From assembly GCF_000737315.1 (NCBI RefSeq), contig NZ_JMCB01000002.1, positions 20,001 through 268,000 of the forward strand: DNA of 248,000 bases, written 5' to 3'. The stretch comes from Hyalangium minutum. GTDB lineage: Bacteria > Myxococcota > Myxococcia > Myxococcales > Myxococcaceae. The notes below the pieces were generated by a model. It did not search any database, was not told the origin of the DNA, and saw nothing but the letters and a program-made list of their open reading frames with translations. This document shows, in pieces, positions 141,957 through 153,823 of the stretch. Each line of letters starts with the position of its first letter. Within the stretch, counting starts at the first letter, position 1. The translations under genes were made by a program, and so were the position numbers.

Positions 141957-142697
141957 ATGGCGAAGACCGCACCCCGCAGCCGCAGCAAGGCCCCCGCGAA
142001 GAAGAAGCCCACCCGCTCGGCGGCTCCGAAGCCGAGCGCCTCGTCCGCGAAGCCCGCTCCGGCCCGCGAGGCTCCCAAGGCTCCCAAGGCTCCGGAGGTG
142101 ACCATCCTGGAGCCCGAGCCCCTCCGCCCCGCGCGGAAGGCACTGCCCGCGGGAGACGCCGTGGACAAGGGCCGCGCGCTGCCCTTCGAGATCGACCCCA
142201 AGCGCGTCGAGGAGAGCCTCAAGAAGCTCCAGGGCGAGATGGTCCACTGGGCCAACAAGGGCCGCTACACGAAGGTGCGCTTCAAGTTCCGCGGCAAGCA
142301 GCTCCTGCCGGACCTGCCCCTGGCCGCCGTCGTCGCCGCCGAGGGCCTCACCTTCTACTGGGGCGGCATCCTCCGCATGCTCGTCGCCAACGTGGTGGGC
142401 AAGAGCGTGCTCTCGGTGGAGTTCATCAACGACTCGGAGAAGAAGGTCCAGGCGGGCAAGGAGGCGCTCTTGTCCGGAGACGTGGACCAAGCGCTCACCC
142501 TGTTCCGAGAGGCCCTCGCGATGGACCGCGACAATGCCTCCGCGCACCTCAATGTGGGCGTGGCGCTGAAGCTCAAGGGAGACCGGGAGGGCGCCCTGGC
142601 CGCCTTCGAAAAAGCGAAGGAAAAAGACCCGGAAGGGTCCGTGGGCGCGGAGGCCGAGCGGCTTGCCGCCCCGCTGCGTCCCAAGAGTGTGGCATAG
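141957..142697 (+). CDS. TPR protein
   Basis: C-terminal TPR. Confidence 0.65.
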   Translation: MAKTAPRSRSKAPAKKKPTRSAAPKPSASSAKPAPAREAPKAPKAPEVTILEPEPLRPARKALPAGDAVDKGRALPFEIDPKRVEESLKKLQGEMVHWANKGRYTKVRFKFRGKQLLPDLPLAAVVAAEGLTFYWGGILRMLVANVVGKSVLSVEFINDSEKKVQAGKEALLSGDVDQALTLFREALAMDRDNASAHLNVGVALKLKGDREGALAAFEKAKEKDPEGSVGAEAERLAAPLRPKSVA

Positions 142698-142847
142698 CCT
142701 CCTCCACCACCGGCCGGGCAGCCCTGCCAACACCCCCTCGTTTCCCCTGTTGACGTAGGAAGATCCGAGGGTTACGAACGCTCCAACGCCGGGCGGATAG
142801 CCCCCTTCGGGCGGGCCCGCCCCCACTCTCCAGAGCGCTCCATCTCC

Positions 142848-145625
142848 ATGGCCGACGACACCACCGACAAGCCGGCAACGCCCCCCGCGCCTCCGCCTCC
142901 GGGCAGCGCTGGGGAGCTCATCCCCGTCAACATCGAAGACGAGATGCGCCGTTCGTATCTCGACTACTCCATGTCCGTCATCATCGGGCGCGCCCTGCCC
143001 GATGTGCGTGACGGACTGAAGCCCGTGCACCGCCGCATCCTCTTCGCGATGCACGAGCTGGGGAACACCCACAACCGCGCGTACAAGAAGTCCGCCCGCG
143101 TGGTGGGTGACGTGATTGGTAAGTACCACCCCCACGGTGACAGCGCCGTCTATGACGCGATGGTGCGTCTGGCTCAGGAGTGGAGCCTGCGCTACCTGCT
143201 CGTGGACGGGCAGGGCAACTTCGGCAGCGTCGACGGCGACTCGCCCGCGGCCATGCGTTACACGGAAGTGCGCATGGACCGCCTGGCCGAGGAGCTGCTG
143301 GCGGACATCGACAAGGAGACGGTCGGATTCGGGCCCAACTACGACGACTCGCTGACCGAGCCGCTCGTGATGCCCACGAAGTTCCCCAACCTCCTGGTCA
143401 ACGGCAGCAGCGGCATCGCCGTGGGCATGACGACGAACATCCCGCCCCACAACATGGGCGAGGTGATCGACGGCACGCTGCACCTCATCGACAACCCGGA
143501 CGCCACCGTCCAGGACCTGATGAAGTTCATCCCGGGCCCGGACTTCCCCACCGCCGGCATGATTACCGGCCGCGAGGGCATCCTCCGCGCCTACACCACG
143601 GGCCGCGGGCAGATCACCCTGCGTGGCAAGACGGAGATCGAGGAGAGCAAGAAGGGCGACCGTGAGGCCATCATCATCACGGAGATCCCCTACCAGGTGA
143701 ACAAGGCGCGGCTCATCGAGAAGATCGCCGACCTGGTGCGCGAGAAGAAGCTGGAGGGCATCAGCGACATCCGCGACGAGAGCGACCGGCAGGGCATGCG
143801 CATCGTCGTGGAGCTCAAGCGCGATGCCATCTCGGGCGTGGTGCTCAACAACCTGTACGCCACCACCCCGCTGGAGACGACGTTCGGCGCGGTGATGCTG
143901 GCCATCGACGGCGGCCAGCCGCGCACGCTCACACTCAAGGAGCTGCTGGACCGGTTCATCGCCCACCGCCGCGACGTCATCACCCGCCGCAGCCGCTATG
144001 AGCTGAAGAAGGCGCTGGCCCGCCTCCACATCGTGGAAGGCTTGCTCGTCGCGCAGGATCTCATCGACCTGGTGGTCAGCCTCATCCGCGCCTCGAAGGA
144101 TCCAGACGAGGCGCGCTGGGGCCTGATGCACATCCTGGCTCCGGCGCTCTACGAGCACGAGCGCTTCCGCAACCTGCCGCGCATCGACTACGCGCAGGCG
144201 GCGGCACAGATGGAGCTGCTGGTCAGCCGCGCCAAGGCCGAGGAGCCCAACTACGGCGGCCTGGAGCACAAGTACGCGGGCGCGGGCTTCAGCGAGGACC
144301 AGGCGCAGAACATCCTCGAGATGCGCCTGCAGCGCCTCACCGGCATGCAGCGCGAAGAGCTCTTCAAGGAGCTGCTCGCCCTGGTGCGCGACATTGCCCG
144401 GCTGCGGGACATCCTCGCCAACGAGCGCAGCCTGCTCAACGTCATCAAGACGGAGCTGCACGACATCCGCGCCCGCTACAGCGACAAGCGCCGCACCGAA
144501 ATCACCGGCGAGGTCTCCGAGATTACGAGCGAGGACCTCATCGCCGAGGAGGACATGGTCGTCACCCTGTCCCATACCGGCTACGTGAAGCGCTCGCCGC
144601 TGAGCGAGTACCGCGCCCAGAAGCGCGGCGGACGGGGCAAGACGGGCGCCGCGACGAAGGAAGACGATTTCGTCACGGACCTGTTCGTGGCCAGCACCCA
144701 CGCGTTCCTCATGCCCATCACCACCAAGGGCAAGCTGTACTCGCTGAAGGTGCACCAGATTCCGCAGGCCAGCCGCACCTCGCGCGGCAAGGCCATCATC
144801 AACCTCATTCAGTTCGGCGAGGGCGAGAAGCTGGCCCAGGTGCTCGTGACGAAGGACTTCCCGGAGAACCGGTACGTCTTCTTCGTCACCAAGCGCGGCG
144901 TGGTGAAGCGCACGGACTTGAGCGCGTTCGCCAACGTGCGCATCAGCGGCATCATCGCGCTGGGCATCGACGAGGGCGATGAGCTGGTGGCGGTGAAGAT
145001 CACCGACGGCAGCAAGGACATCCTCCTGTCCACCGCGCAGGGCATGAGCATCCGCTTCCCGGAGGACGAGGTGCGCTCCATGGGCCGCCAGGCCTACGGC
145101 GTGAAGGGCATCACGCTGGAGGAGGGCGACGAGGTGGTGGGCGCGGACGTGGTGGAGAAGGGCAACACCATCCTTACGGTGACGGAGAACGGCTACGGCA
145201 AGCGCACCGAGGAGGCCGAGTACCGCATCCAGGGCCGCGGCGGTAAGGGCATCATCGACATCAAGACCACCGAGCGGAACGGCAAGGTGGTGGGCCTGGT
145301 GCAGGTGACGGACGGCGACGAGGTGATGCTCGTCACCAACGGCGGCATGCTCATCCGCATGAAGGCCAAGGAGATCTCCGTCATCGGCCGCAACACGCAG
145401 GGCGTGCGGCTCATCGCCCTGGAGAACGGTACGGAGAAGGTGACGGGCATCTCCAAGCTGCCCGAGTCCAGCAGCGAGGCCGAGGAGCCGGAGGGCGGCG
145501 GCTCCGCGGGTGGCTCCAGCGCGGACGAAGAGCAGGCTCCCGCAGCGGAGAACTCCTCCGAGATTTCGGACACCGAGGACTCCGGAAACTCCGAGCCGGG
145601 TGAGGACACTCCAGAAGAGAGTTGA
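142848..145625 (+). CDS. gyrA: DNA gyrase subunit A
   Basis: [12 protein letters not shown]; AAMRYTE; QKRGGRG GyrA box. Confidence 0.98.
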   Translation: MADDTTDKPATPPAPPPPGSAGELIPVNIEDEMRRSYLDYSMSVIIGRALPDVRDGLKPVHRRILFAMHELGNTHNRAYKKSARVVGDVIGKYHPHGDSAVYDAMVRLAQEWSLRYLLVDGQGNFGSVDGDSPAAMRYTEVRMDRLAEELLADIDKETVGFGPNYDDSLTEPLVMPTKFPNLLVNGSSGIAVGMTTNIPPHNMGEVIDGTLHLIDNPDATVQDLMKFIPGPDFPTAGMITGREGILRAYTTGRGQITLRGKTEIEESKKGDREAIIITEIPYQVNKARLIEKIADLVREKKLEGISDIRDESDRQGMRIVVELKRDAISGVVLNNLYATTPLETTFGAVMLAIDGGQPRTLTLKELLDRFIAHRRDVITRRSRYELKKALARLHIVEGLLVAQDLIDLVVSLIRASKDPDEARWGLMHILAPALYEHERFRNLPRIDYAQAAAQMELLVSRAKAEEPNYGGLEHKYAGAGFSEDQAQNILEMRLQRLTGMQREELFKELLALVRDIARLRDILANERSLLNVIKTELHDIRARYSDKRRTEITGEVSEITSEDLIAEEDMVVTLSHTGYVKRSPLSEYRAQKRGGRGKTGAATKEDDFVTDLFVASTHAFLMPITTKGKLYSLKVHQIPQASRTSRGKAIINLIQFGEGEKLAQVLVTKDFPENRYVFFVTKRGVVKRTDLSAFANVRISGIIALGIDEGDELVAVKITDGSKDILLSTAQGMSIRFPEDEVRSMGRQAYGVKGITLEEGDEVVGADVVEKGNTILTVTENGYGKRTEEAEYRIQGRGGKGIIDIKTTERNGKVVGLVQVTDGDEVMLVTNGGMLIRMKAKEISVIGRNTQGVRLIALENGTEKVTGISKLPESSSEAEEPEGGGSAGGSSADEEQAPAAENSSEISDTEDSGNSEPGEDTPEES

Positions 145626-145655
145626 TTTGCGGGTTTTCCCAGCCTGGCGGGGCAT

Positions 145656-146945
145656 GTGAGGGCAATCCCCCCGTGTGCCTCGGCAGGCCTGGGTGTTCTA
145701 ATGAGACCAGGAGGTCTCCGGAACACCATGGGAGATTCCATCAGCCAGGGGGCAGTCTCGGAGCCGCGGATCTCGGATGACTCACTGGGCGTCCAGCTCG
145801 AGGTGGCGGAGGAGCGTCTCCGCATCGTGCTCGGGCTCACGGACGGCATCGTCTTCGAGTTCGACCAGGACGGGCGCTACGTCGGCATCTGGACCCGGTC
145901 GGACGAGCTGCTGTCCATGCCGCGCGAGCAGGCGCTGGGCCGCACCTTGATGGAGGTCCACGGCCCCCAGGGCGGCGCGTTCTTCATGGAGCGCCTGAAG
146001 CAGACCCTTGAGACGAAGCAGCCCGTGCGCTTCGAGTACAGCCTGGAGGTGGTGGGTGGGCACCACTGGTTCGCCGCGGAGTCCATGCTGGTGCCGAACC
146101 GGCCCACGGTGGCCTTCCTGGTGCGCGACATCACCCAGCAGAAGTCCATGGAGCAGCGGCTCATCCAGGCGGATCGGCTGGCGTCCCTGGGCACGCTGGC
146201 GGCGGGCGTGGCCCACGAGGTGAACAACCCGCTGAGCTACGTCTCCTCGAACCTCAACTTCATCGCGGAGAGCCTGACGTCGGTGCGGCAGGCGCTGAAC
146301 AGCGGGGAAGGGGTGGTCGACGCGGCCTATCTGGATCGCCTGCTGGCGGAGTGCGCGGAGGCGCTCGATGAGGCGCGGGAGGGCACCACCCGCATCCGGC
146401 ATGTGGTCGGAGATTTGAAGACGTTCGCTCGCGGCCAGGAGTCGGAGGACGGGCTGGCGAACGTGAAGCGGGCCCTGGAGTCCTCGCTGAGCCTGGTGAT
146501 GCCGGAGCTGCGCTACCGGGCCCGGCTGAACCGGAACCTGGAAGAGGTGCCCCCGGTGCGAGGCAATGAGGCCCGGCTGGGGCAGGTGTTCCTCAACCTG
146601 CTGATCAACGCCTCCCAGGCCATCGTGGCGGGGGCTCCGGACCGGAACCAGGTGGACGTTCACCTGCGCGAGGAGGGGCACTGGGTGGTCATCGAAGTCC
146701 AGGACACCGGGCACGGGATTCCGGCGGATCTGTTGAAGCTCATCTTCGATCCGTTCTTCTCGACGAAGCCGGTGGGTGTGGGCACGGGGCTGGGGCTCTC
146801 CATCTGCCATGGCATCGTGACGGGCATGGGCGGAGAGATCTCCGTGGAGAGCACCGTGGGCCGGGGGACGTGCTTCCGGGTGCGGCTGCCGATTCCCGCT
146901 CAGGTGCTGGCGTCCATGCGCCCCAAGGCGCTGGCGGCTTCCTGA
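145656..146945 (+). CDS. PAS sensor histidine kinase
   Basis: AHEVNNPL; GTGLGL. Confidence 0.9.
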   Translation: MRAIPPCASAGLGVLMRPGGLRNTMGDSISQGAVSEPRISDDSLGVQLEVAEERLRIVLGLTDGIVFEFDQDGRYVGIWTRSDELLSMPREQALGRTLMEVHGPQGGAFFMERLKQTLETKQPVRFEYSLEVVGGHHWFAAESMLVPNRPTVAFLVRDITQQKSMEQRLIQADRLASLGTLAAGVAHEVNNPLSYVSSNLNFIAESLTSVRQALNSGEGVVDAAYLDRLLAECAEALDEAREGTTRIRHVVGDLKTFARGQESEDGLANVKRALESSLSLVMPELRYRARLNRNLEEVPPVRGNEARLGQVFLNLLINASQAIVAGAPDRNQVDVHLREEGHWVVIEVQDTGHGIPADLLKLIFDPFFSTKPVGVGTGLGLSICHGIVTGMGGEISVESTVGRGTCFRVRLPIPAQVLASMRPKALAAS

Positions 146946-146955
146946 AGCGCGGGCG

Positions 146956-147840
146956 TTACGGCTTCGCTGCCTTGCGCAGGGTCGAGGCCCCCTCGGCGAT
147001 GGCCTCGTCGAGTTGGGCTCCCGCCTTCCCGAACCCTCGCCTCTGGAGCTGGCGGTAGAGCGAGGAGAGCTGGCGGCCGGCCTTCGAGGCGAGCGAGTTC
147101 AGCTCCGGGCTTCGGCCATGCAGCGTCTCCGTCAGTACGTGGAGGTCGTGCATGTCTCCCAGGGTGTCTTGGAGGGCCTTGAGGCGCTCGAGGAGCTTGG
147201 GGGCGCCGTGCAGTTCCTCGAAAGGCTCCAGCAGGTAGCGCGCGCGCTTGGCGGTGATGCGGGCCTCGTGGCAGCGCTCGACGTCGGAGGGGCCCTGGAT
147301 GCGGTCCAGCCGCTGGCGCAGGCGCTGGCCCAGGCGCCGCAGCTTCTGGGCGGTGTACTTCCCGAAGCGGCCCTTACCGGGGGCCTTCGCGCGCTTCACC
147401 TGCCGGCGCAGGCGGTGGGCGAGGCGGGGGAAGTCCTGGGTAAACCGCTCGCGGATCTCCTGGAGGTGCTCGGCGTGGTGCTGGGTGAGGTTTGAGCGCA
147501 GGCGGGAGGCGGCGCCCGAGCGAGAGCGGCGGGCACGGGACTGCTGGGTGAGCCAGGCAGCGTGGACCTCGGCATCTCGGGCGGGGTTGGTGAGGTGGGC
147601 GAAGCCTCTCAGGGCCTCGATGCTCTTGGCAGACACGGCCCCAGCGAAGAGCTTGCGGTAGGTGCGGAGGTAGGTGCGCACGTGGCGCAGCTCGACGCGC
147701 AGGTCGTGCAGGGCCTCGGTGTCACGGGAGTCGTCGAGGCGCTCGACGGTGGCCGCGGCGCGCTTCAGGTGGTGGAGCGTGAGCTTCCGGGCTCCATGCA
147801 CCGCCGTCATGCGCGCGAGCTTCTTGGAGGTGGGCGCCAC
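146956..147840 (-). CDS. CHAD domain protein
   Basis: LHDLRV..R; HEARI..KRARY; QDTLGDMHD. Confidence 0.88.
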   Translation of the reverse strand: MAPTSKKLARMTAVHGARKLTLHHLKRAAATVERLDDSRDTEALHDLRVELRHVRTYLRTYRKLFAGAVSAKSIEALRGFAHLTNPARDAEVHAAWLTQQSRARRSRSGAASRLRSNLTQHHAEHLQEIRERFTQDFPRLAHRLRRQVKRAKAPGKGRFGKYTAQKLRRLGQRLRQRLDRIQGPSDVERCHEARITAKRARYLLEPFEELHGAPKLLERLKALQDTLGDMHDLHVLTETLHGRSPELNSLASKAGRQLSSLYRQLQRRGFGKAGAQLDEAIAEGASTLRKAAKP

Positions 147841-148090
147841 GGAATCTCTCCCCGCCGCGCGCTGGGCGCGGCCATGCGGATCCGAACCTCAAAGCTTCCA
147901 GCAGGAACAGCCAGAGGACAGCAGGTCCGCGCTGGAGCGTGCAGGAGGTGACAGTGGGTGGAGGGAGGTGGCGAGCAGGGAAGGGCGCTGCAAAGCTCAC
148001 ATGCAAACAGGGGGCTTGGTTGCTCGGGGAGGTGGCGGGCGGAGGCGGACGAGGTGCAATGAATCTGACCGCTCATCCGTAGGAGGAGAC

Positions 148091-148393
148091 ATGAACATCA
148101 CGGGTCTTCGTGGAATGGGGTCCCGGTTCGTCCGGTACCTGAGCGACGGTCGAGTCCCCCTGTGGAAGAAGCTCGCGGGGTTGCTGGCGGTGGTCTACTT
148201 CCTGTCTCCGGTGGACGCGATCCCGGACTTCATCCCCATCCTGGGGTGGCTGGACGATTTGGGCGTGCTGTCGGCCGCGGCCTTCTGGATGGCGCGGCAG
148301 GTGCAGCAGTACCGCCCCGAGCCCACGCCGGACGGGATGCCGAGAGATCTCGAGGGCCGCCCGCGCTTTCCTCCCGCGCGCGACCCTGCCTGA
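148091..148393 (+). CDS. DUF1232/YkvA family protein
   Basis: YFLSPVDAIPDFIPILGWLDD. Confidence 0.9.
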   Translation: MNITGLRGMGSRFVRYLSDGRVPLWKKLAGLLAVVYFLSPVDAIPDFIPILGWLDDLGVLSAAAFWMARQVQQYRPEPTPDGMPRDLEGRPRFPPARDPA

Positions 148394-148401
148394 GCGAGCG
148401 C

Positions 148402-149151
148402 TCACGCCGCCTTGCCGACCGCCTCGCGCCACGCCGCGAGGATGTGCTCGGCGATCTCGGGCACGCCGATGTCCTTGTTCACCTGCGTGAAGAGGAACGG
148501 GCCGTCGCCCCGCATCTTGCGTGAGTCGCGGTCCATCACGCCCAGGTCCGCTCCCACGTGCGGTGCCAGGTCCTTCTTGTTGATGACCAGCAGGTCCGAC
148601 TGGGTGATGCCCGGCCCGCCCTTGCGCGGCACCTTGTCTCCCCCTGCCACGTCGATGACGTAGATCGTGTAGTCGACCAGCTCCCGGCTGTACTGCGCCG
148701 CCAGGTTGTCTCCGCCGCTCTCGACGATGAGCAGCTCCGGCTTCACGTCGTGCATCAGCCCTTCGAGCGCGTCGAGGTTGTGGCTGATGTCCTCGCGGAT
148801 CGCCGCGTGAGGGCAGCCGCCCGTCTCCACCGCCCGGATCCGCTCGGAAGGCAGCGCCTTGTTGCGGTGGAGGAACTCGGCGTCCTCCTTCGTGAAGATG
148901 TCGTTCGTCACGACGCCCAGCGAGTACTTGTCCCGGAGGTGCCGGCACAGCGCCAGTACCAGCGCTGTCTTTCCGCTCCCCACCGGCCCTCCGATGCCCA
149001 CCGTGAACGAGCGCTGATGGTAGTCGCGCGGGAGCCGCGGCTCGCGCTCCCGGAACAGGCCAGGGCCCGACCAGTGCTCGTGGGTATGCCCGTGGTCATG
149101 GTCGTGGCTGTGCCCGTGGTCATGGTCGTGGTCGTGATCGTGGTCGTGCAT
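148402..149151 (-). CDS. ureG: Urease accessory GTPase with His-rich N-terminus
   Basis: GPVGSGKT; ETGGCPH; ESGGDN. Confidence 0.96.
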   Translation of the reverse strand: MHDHDHDHDHDHGHSHDHDHGHTHEHWSGPGLFREREPRLPRDYHQRSFTVGIGGPVGSGKTALVLALCRHLRDKYSLGVVTNDIFTKEDAEFLHRNKALPSERIRAVETGGCPHAAIREDISHNLDALEGLMHDVKPELLIVESGGDNLAAQYSRELVDYTIYVIDVAGGDKVPRKGGPGITQSDLLVINKKDLAPHVGADLGVMDRDSRKMRGDGPFLFTQVNKDIGVPEIAEHILAAWREAVGKAA

Positions 149152-149159
149152 GGTGCTCC

Positions 149160-149825
149160 TCAGGACAGGAACAGACGGGAATAGAGACGATCGTGGGTGG
149201 CGCCGAGCAGATCCACGAGCGGCGCAGGCTGTGACAGCTCGTTCAGGCCCAGGGCCCCACAGCGTTCGAGCACGGCGCCCAGAACGCCCGTCAGCTCGTC
149301 ATGGAGGCGCTGCGCCTCGTGCGGACCGAGCAGCCCCAGCCGCACCGCGGCCGAGGCCACCCCGCGCAGCGCCAGGTGCAGGAACAGCTCCTGCGCTTGG
149401 TCGAGCGGCACTGCAAGGGTCCGCAGCGTGATGCCGAACATGGGCGCGTAGTGCGCCCTCAGGGTCCGCGCGCGGATGGCGGCGTGGAGCTGTTGCAGCT
149501 CCGCCTCGGAGAAGATGCGCGCCGCGGTGGCCACCAGCGTCCGCCCCTGCGTCCGGCTGGTTCGGTTGGCCACGTGGTTGGAGAGGAACGCGTCGCACCA
149601 CGCGTCCAGCCGGGCCGGGCCAGCGTCTGGGCCGTAGGCGGCGCGGAGAAACGGCAGGCTCCCATGGCCGGCCTGCCAGAGCACTCCCTCGATGAAGGTG
149701 CGCAGGGCCGCCGCGTCCGGCACCTCGCCCTGTTGCGCGGCCGCCTCCAGCCCGGCGGAGTGCGAGAAGCCTCCGGTCGGAAAGGCCGAGTCAGCGAGCT
149801 GCAGCACGCGCCAGCGGGTCGTCAT
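149160..149825 (-). CDS. ureF: Urease accessory protein
   Basis: [16 protein letters not shown]; SRLFLS. Confidence 0.92.
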   Translation of the reverse strand: MTTRWRVLQLADSAFPTGGFSHSAGLEAAAQQGEVPDAAALRTFIEGVLWQAGHGSLPFLRAAYGPDAGPARLDAWCDAFLSNHVANRTSRTQGRTLVATAARIFSEAELQQLHAAIRARTLRAHYAPMFGITLRTLAVPLDQAQELFLHLALRGVASAAVRLGLLGPHEAQRLHDELTGVLGAVLERCGALGLNELSQPAPLVDLLGATHDRLYSRLFLS

Positions 149826-149829
149826 GCGC

Positions 149830-151541
<1,712 letters not shown>

Positions 151542-151545
<4 letters not shown>

Positions 151546-152219
151546 GGCGTGCCTCCTGCCTGCTGCGTGGGAGCAACGGGAACGAGCGTCACCGTCTTCC
151601 GGTCCCCGGGCTCGAAGCGCACCGCCGTGCCCGAGGGGATGTCCAGCCGCATCCCCGTGGCCTGGGCCCGGTCGAACTCGAGCGCGCGGTTGGTGTGCTC
151701 GAAGGGATAGTGGCTGCCCACCTGGATGGGGCGGTCCCCCTTGTTCTCCACCGCGAGCGTCACGCGCGGGCGGCCCGGGTTGAGGGCAATCTCTCCCGCC
151801 TTCGTGAGCACTTCGCCCGGAGTGGGCTCAACCGCCGCTGGGGTTGCCGCGAACACCGAGGCCGCGGGCACCGGCAGGAAGCTCCCGTAGAGCGCCAGCG
151901 CCAGGTCCCCCTGCTCGAGCGAGATGGGGTGGTGGACGGTGACGAGCTTGGTGCCGTCCGGGAACGTGCCCTCCACCTGCACCTCGGCGACCAGCTCCGG
152001 GACGCCGGGCAGCACCTGCGCCCGGCCCAGCATCCGCCGGCCCACATCCATCAGCTCGGCGACGGAGCGCCCATCCCGGATGAGCTCCAGCAGTTGGGTG
152101 GAGATGAGAGCGATGGCCTCGGGGTAGTTGAGCCGAAGTCCTCGAGCCAGCCGCTTCTGCGCCAGGAAGCCGGCAGCGTGCAGCGTGAGCTTGTCCAACT
152201 CGCGCGGGACCAGATGCAT
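151542..152219 (-). CDS. ureAB: Fused urease gamma/beta subunit
   Basis: [11 protein letters not shown] (gamma) fused to [10 protein letters not shown] (beta). Confidence 0.95.
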
Positions 152220-152279
152220 GGAGGGGGTCTCCCTTGAGACAACCTGACGCGTTCATCATGGTGCGCTGCGTCAGCGAAG

Positions 152280-153119
152280 TCACCATTTCCGTGCGAGAGG
152301 GTCGTCTCCCAGCAGCGAGGGCAGGGTCCGCAGGCGGGAGCGCACGGCGGACAGGGCCTCCTCCACGGAGGTGGCGGCCACGCGCAGCAGGGCGCCGTCT
152401 TCTCCCAAGGGACTCGCAGTCTCGATGACCGAAGCCCGGCGCCGCAGCGGGGCGGGGGAAGTCAGCAGGGCTTCGCGGAGCGCCGCCACCTGCGGACCGA
152501 ACACCGCGAGCAGCGCCAGGGCCTCGAAGCGGCCCATGCGAGGGGCCAGGGCTCCCTCCTCGGGTGTGAGGCGGACCGCATCCAGCAGCAGGGGAACACC
152601 GCCGCGCTGGACGAGGAGCCGGGACAGGTAGTGAGCGAAAGCCCACCGCTCGCCTCGGGCGGCGCGCCCGCAGGTGAAGGCATCCAGCAGGACCAGGGAG
152701 GCGCTGGGAGCGAGCGTGACGGAGGTCTCCTGCTCGTAGCGAGCCCCCGTGAAGCAGGCCACCGGGTCGGGCAGCAGGACGAGCAATCCCTCCTCGCCGA
152801 CCTGGGCCTGGAGCAGCTGCCGGCAGCCACGCGGAGAGCGGTACACCTTGGTGGCGGACTGCGTGGAGAGCAGGCCCGTGGCCCGGGCCCCCACGCTCAC
152901 GTCGATGTGAAGCGAATCCCCATCCACCAGTCCGCCGCCGAAGCTGGCCAGGTAGGCCCACGCGCCGCGGCCATGGTTGCGAGGCAGCAGGAACTTGAGA
153001 GGACTGTTCGCCCGCGCGGCGCGGACAAAGGTTCCCCGTGTGCCGTGCTCGAGCGCGAGGACGCCTCGGCCGGGAACATGCTCCAGGCGGTCTTCTAAGG
153101 TGTACGCGGGGGCTTCCAT
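152280..153119 (-). CDS. ureD: Urease accessory protein
   Basis: GGGLVDGD; TQSATKVY. Confidence 0.92.
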   Translation of the reverse strand: MEAPAYTLEDRLEHVPGRGVLALEHGTRGTFVRAARANSPLKFLLPRNHGRGAWAYLASFGGGLVDGDSLHIDVSVGARATGLLSTQSATKVYRSPRGCRQLLQAQVGEEGLLVLLPDPVACFTGARYEQETSVTLAPSASLVLLDAFTCGRAARGERWAFAHYLSRLLVQRGGVPLLLDAVRLTPEEGALAPRMGRFEALALLAVFGPQVAALREALLTSPAPLRRRASVIETASPLGEDGALLRVAATSVEEALSAVRSRLRTLPSLLGDDPLARKW

Positions 153120-153127
153120 GGTGCTGC

Positions 153128-153784
153128 TCAGCCGTCCCGGTTCTCGAAGTGGACGAAGTCGAGCAGGAACGTGGCGGCCATCACCAGGGTGCGCAGCCGC
153201 GCGTCGCGGAGGTTCTCGAAGGTGACGCCGAAGTTGTCCGCGTCCGTGAACAGCTCCTTGCCGAGGCCGCTCCAGCGCTTCTGGATGAGGCCCACCTCTT
153301 GGCCGTTCTGCTCGATGTGGAACGTCCACGGCTTGAAGAAAGGGCCGCGCAGCGTGGCCAGCAGCTCGCCCGAGGGGCCCAGCACGTCATAGAGCCGGGC
153401 GAAGAAGGCGAAGCGCTGGTGCACGCTGCCCAGCTTGTGGCCCTCGCCGTCCTCGATGTCCATCTGCGAGAGCCAGAACCTCCAGGGCCGCTGCAGGCGC
153501 AGCGCGGTGGCGCCCCCGGGCGTCTTCAGCTCCATGGTGAAGGGGCGGCTGGCCTTGAGGAAGCTGCGCAGCAGGAACAGGCCGAGGCCGCTGCCCACCT
153601 CGCCCGCGATGAAGAGCGCCTGCCCGTCGTCTCCCACCACCTGGTAGCGGTTGCGGCCCTCGAAGCCGACGAGGATCTCCCCCCATTCCTTGGTCTGCCG
153701 CACGCGCAGGGCGCTGTGGCGTTGGAGCACGGAGAGGGCCAGCGAGTCAGAGGGCATGGAGGCCTCGGAGCAAAGGGTCGGCAC
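153128..153784 (-). CDS. Phospholipid scramblase-related protein
   Basis: E...GFEGRNRY; FTDADNFGVTF. Confidence 0.8.
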   Translation of the reverse strand: MPTLCSEASMPSDSLALSVLQRHSALRVRQTKEWGEILVGFEGRNRYQVVGDDGQALFIAGEVGSGLGLFLLRSFLKASRPFTMELKTPGGATALRLQRPWRFWLSQMDIEDGEGHKLGSVHQRFAFFARLYDVLGPSGELLATLRGPFFKPWTFHIEQNGQEVGLIQKRWSGLGKELFTDADNFGVTFENLRDARLRTLVMAATFLLDFVHFENRDG

Positions 153785-153823
153785 ACCCTAGCGCCCCGAG
153801 GCCCTCAAGTCAGGACAGAACCC

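Noticed and set aside
142848-145625. gyrA without adjacent gyrB
   Set aside because: Split gyr genes are common.
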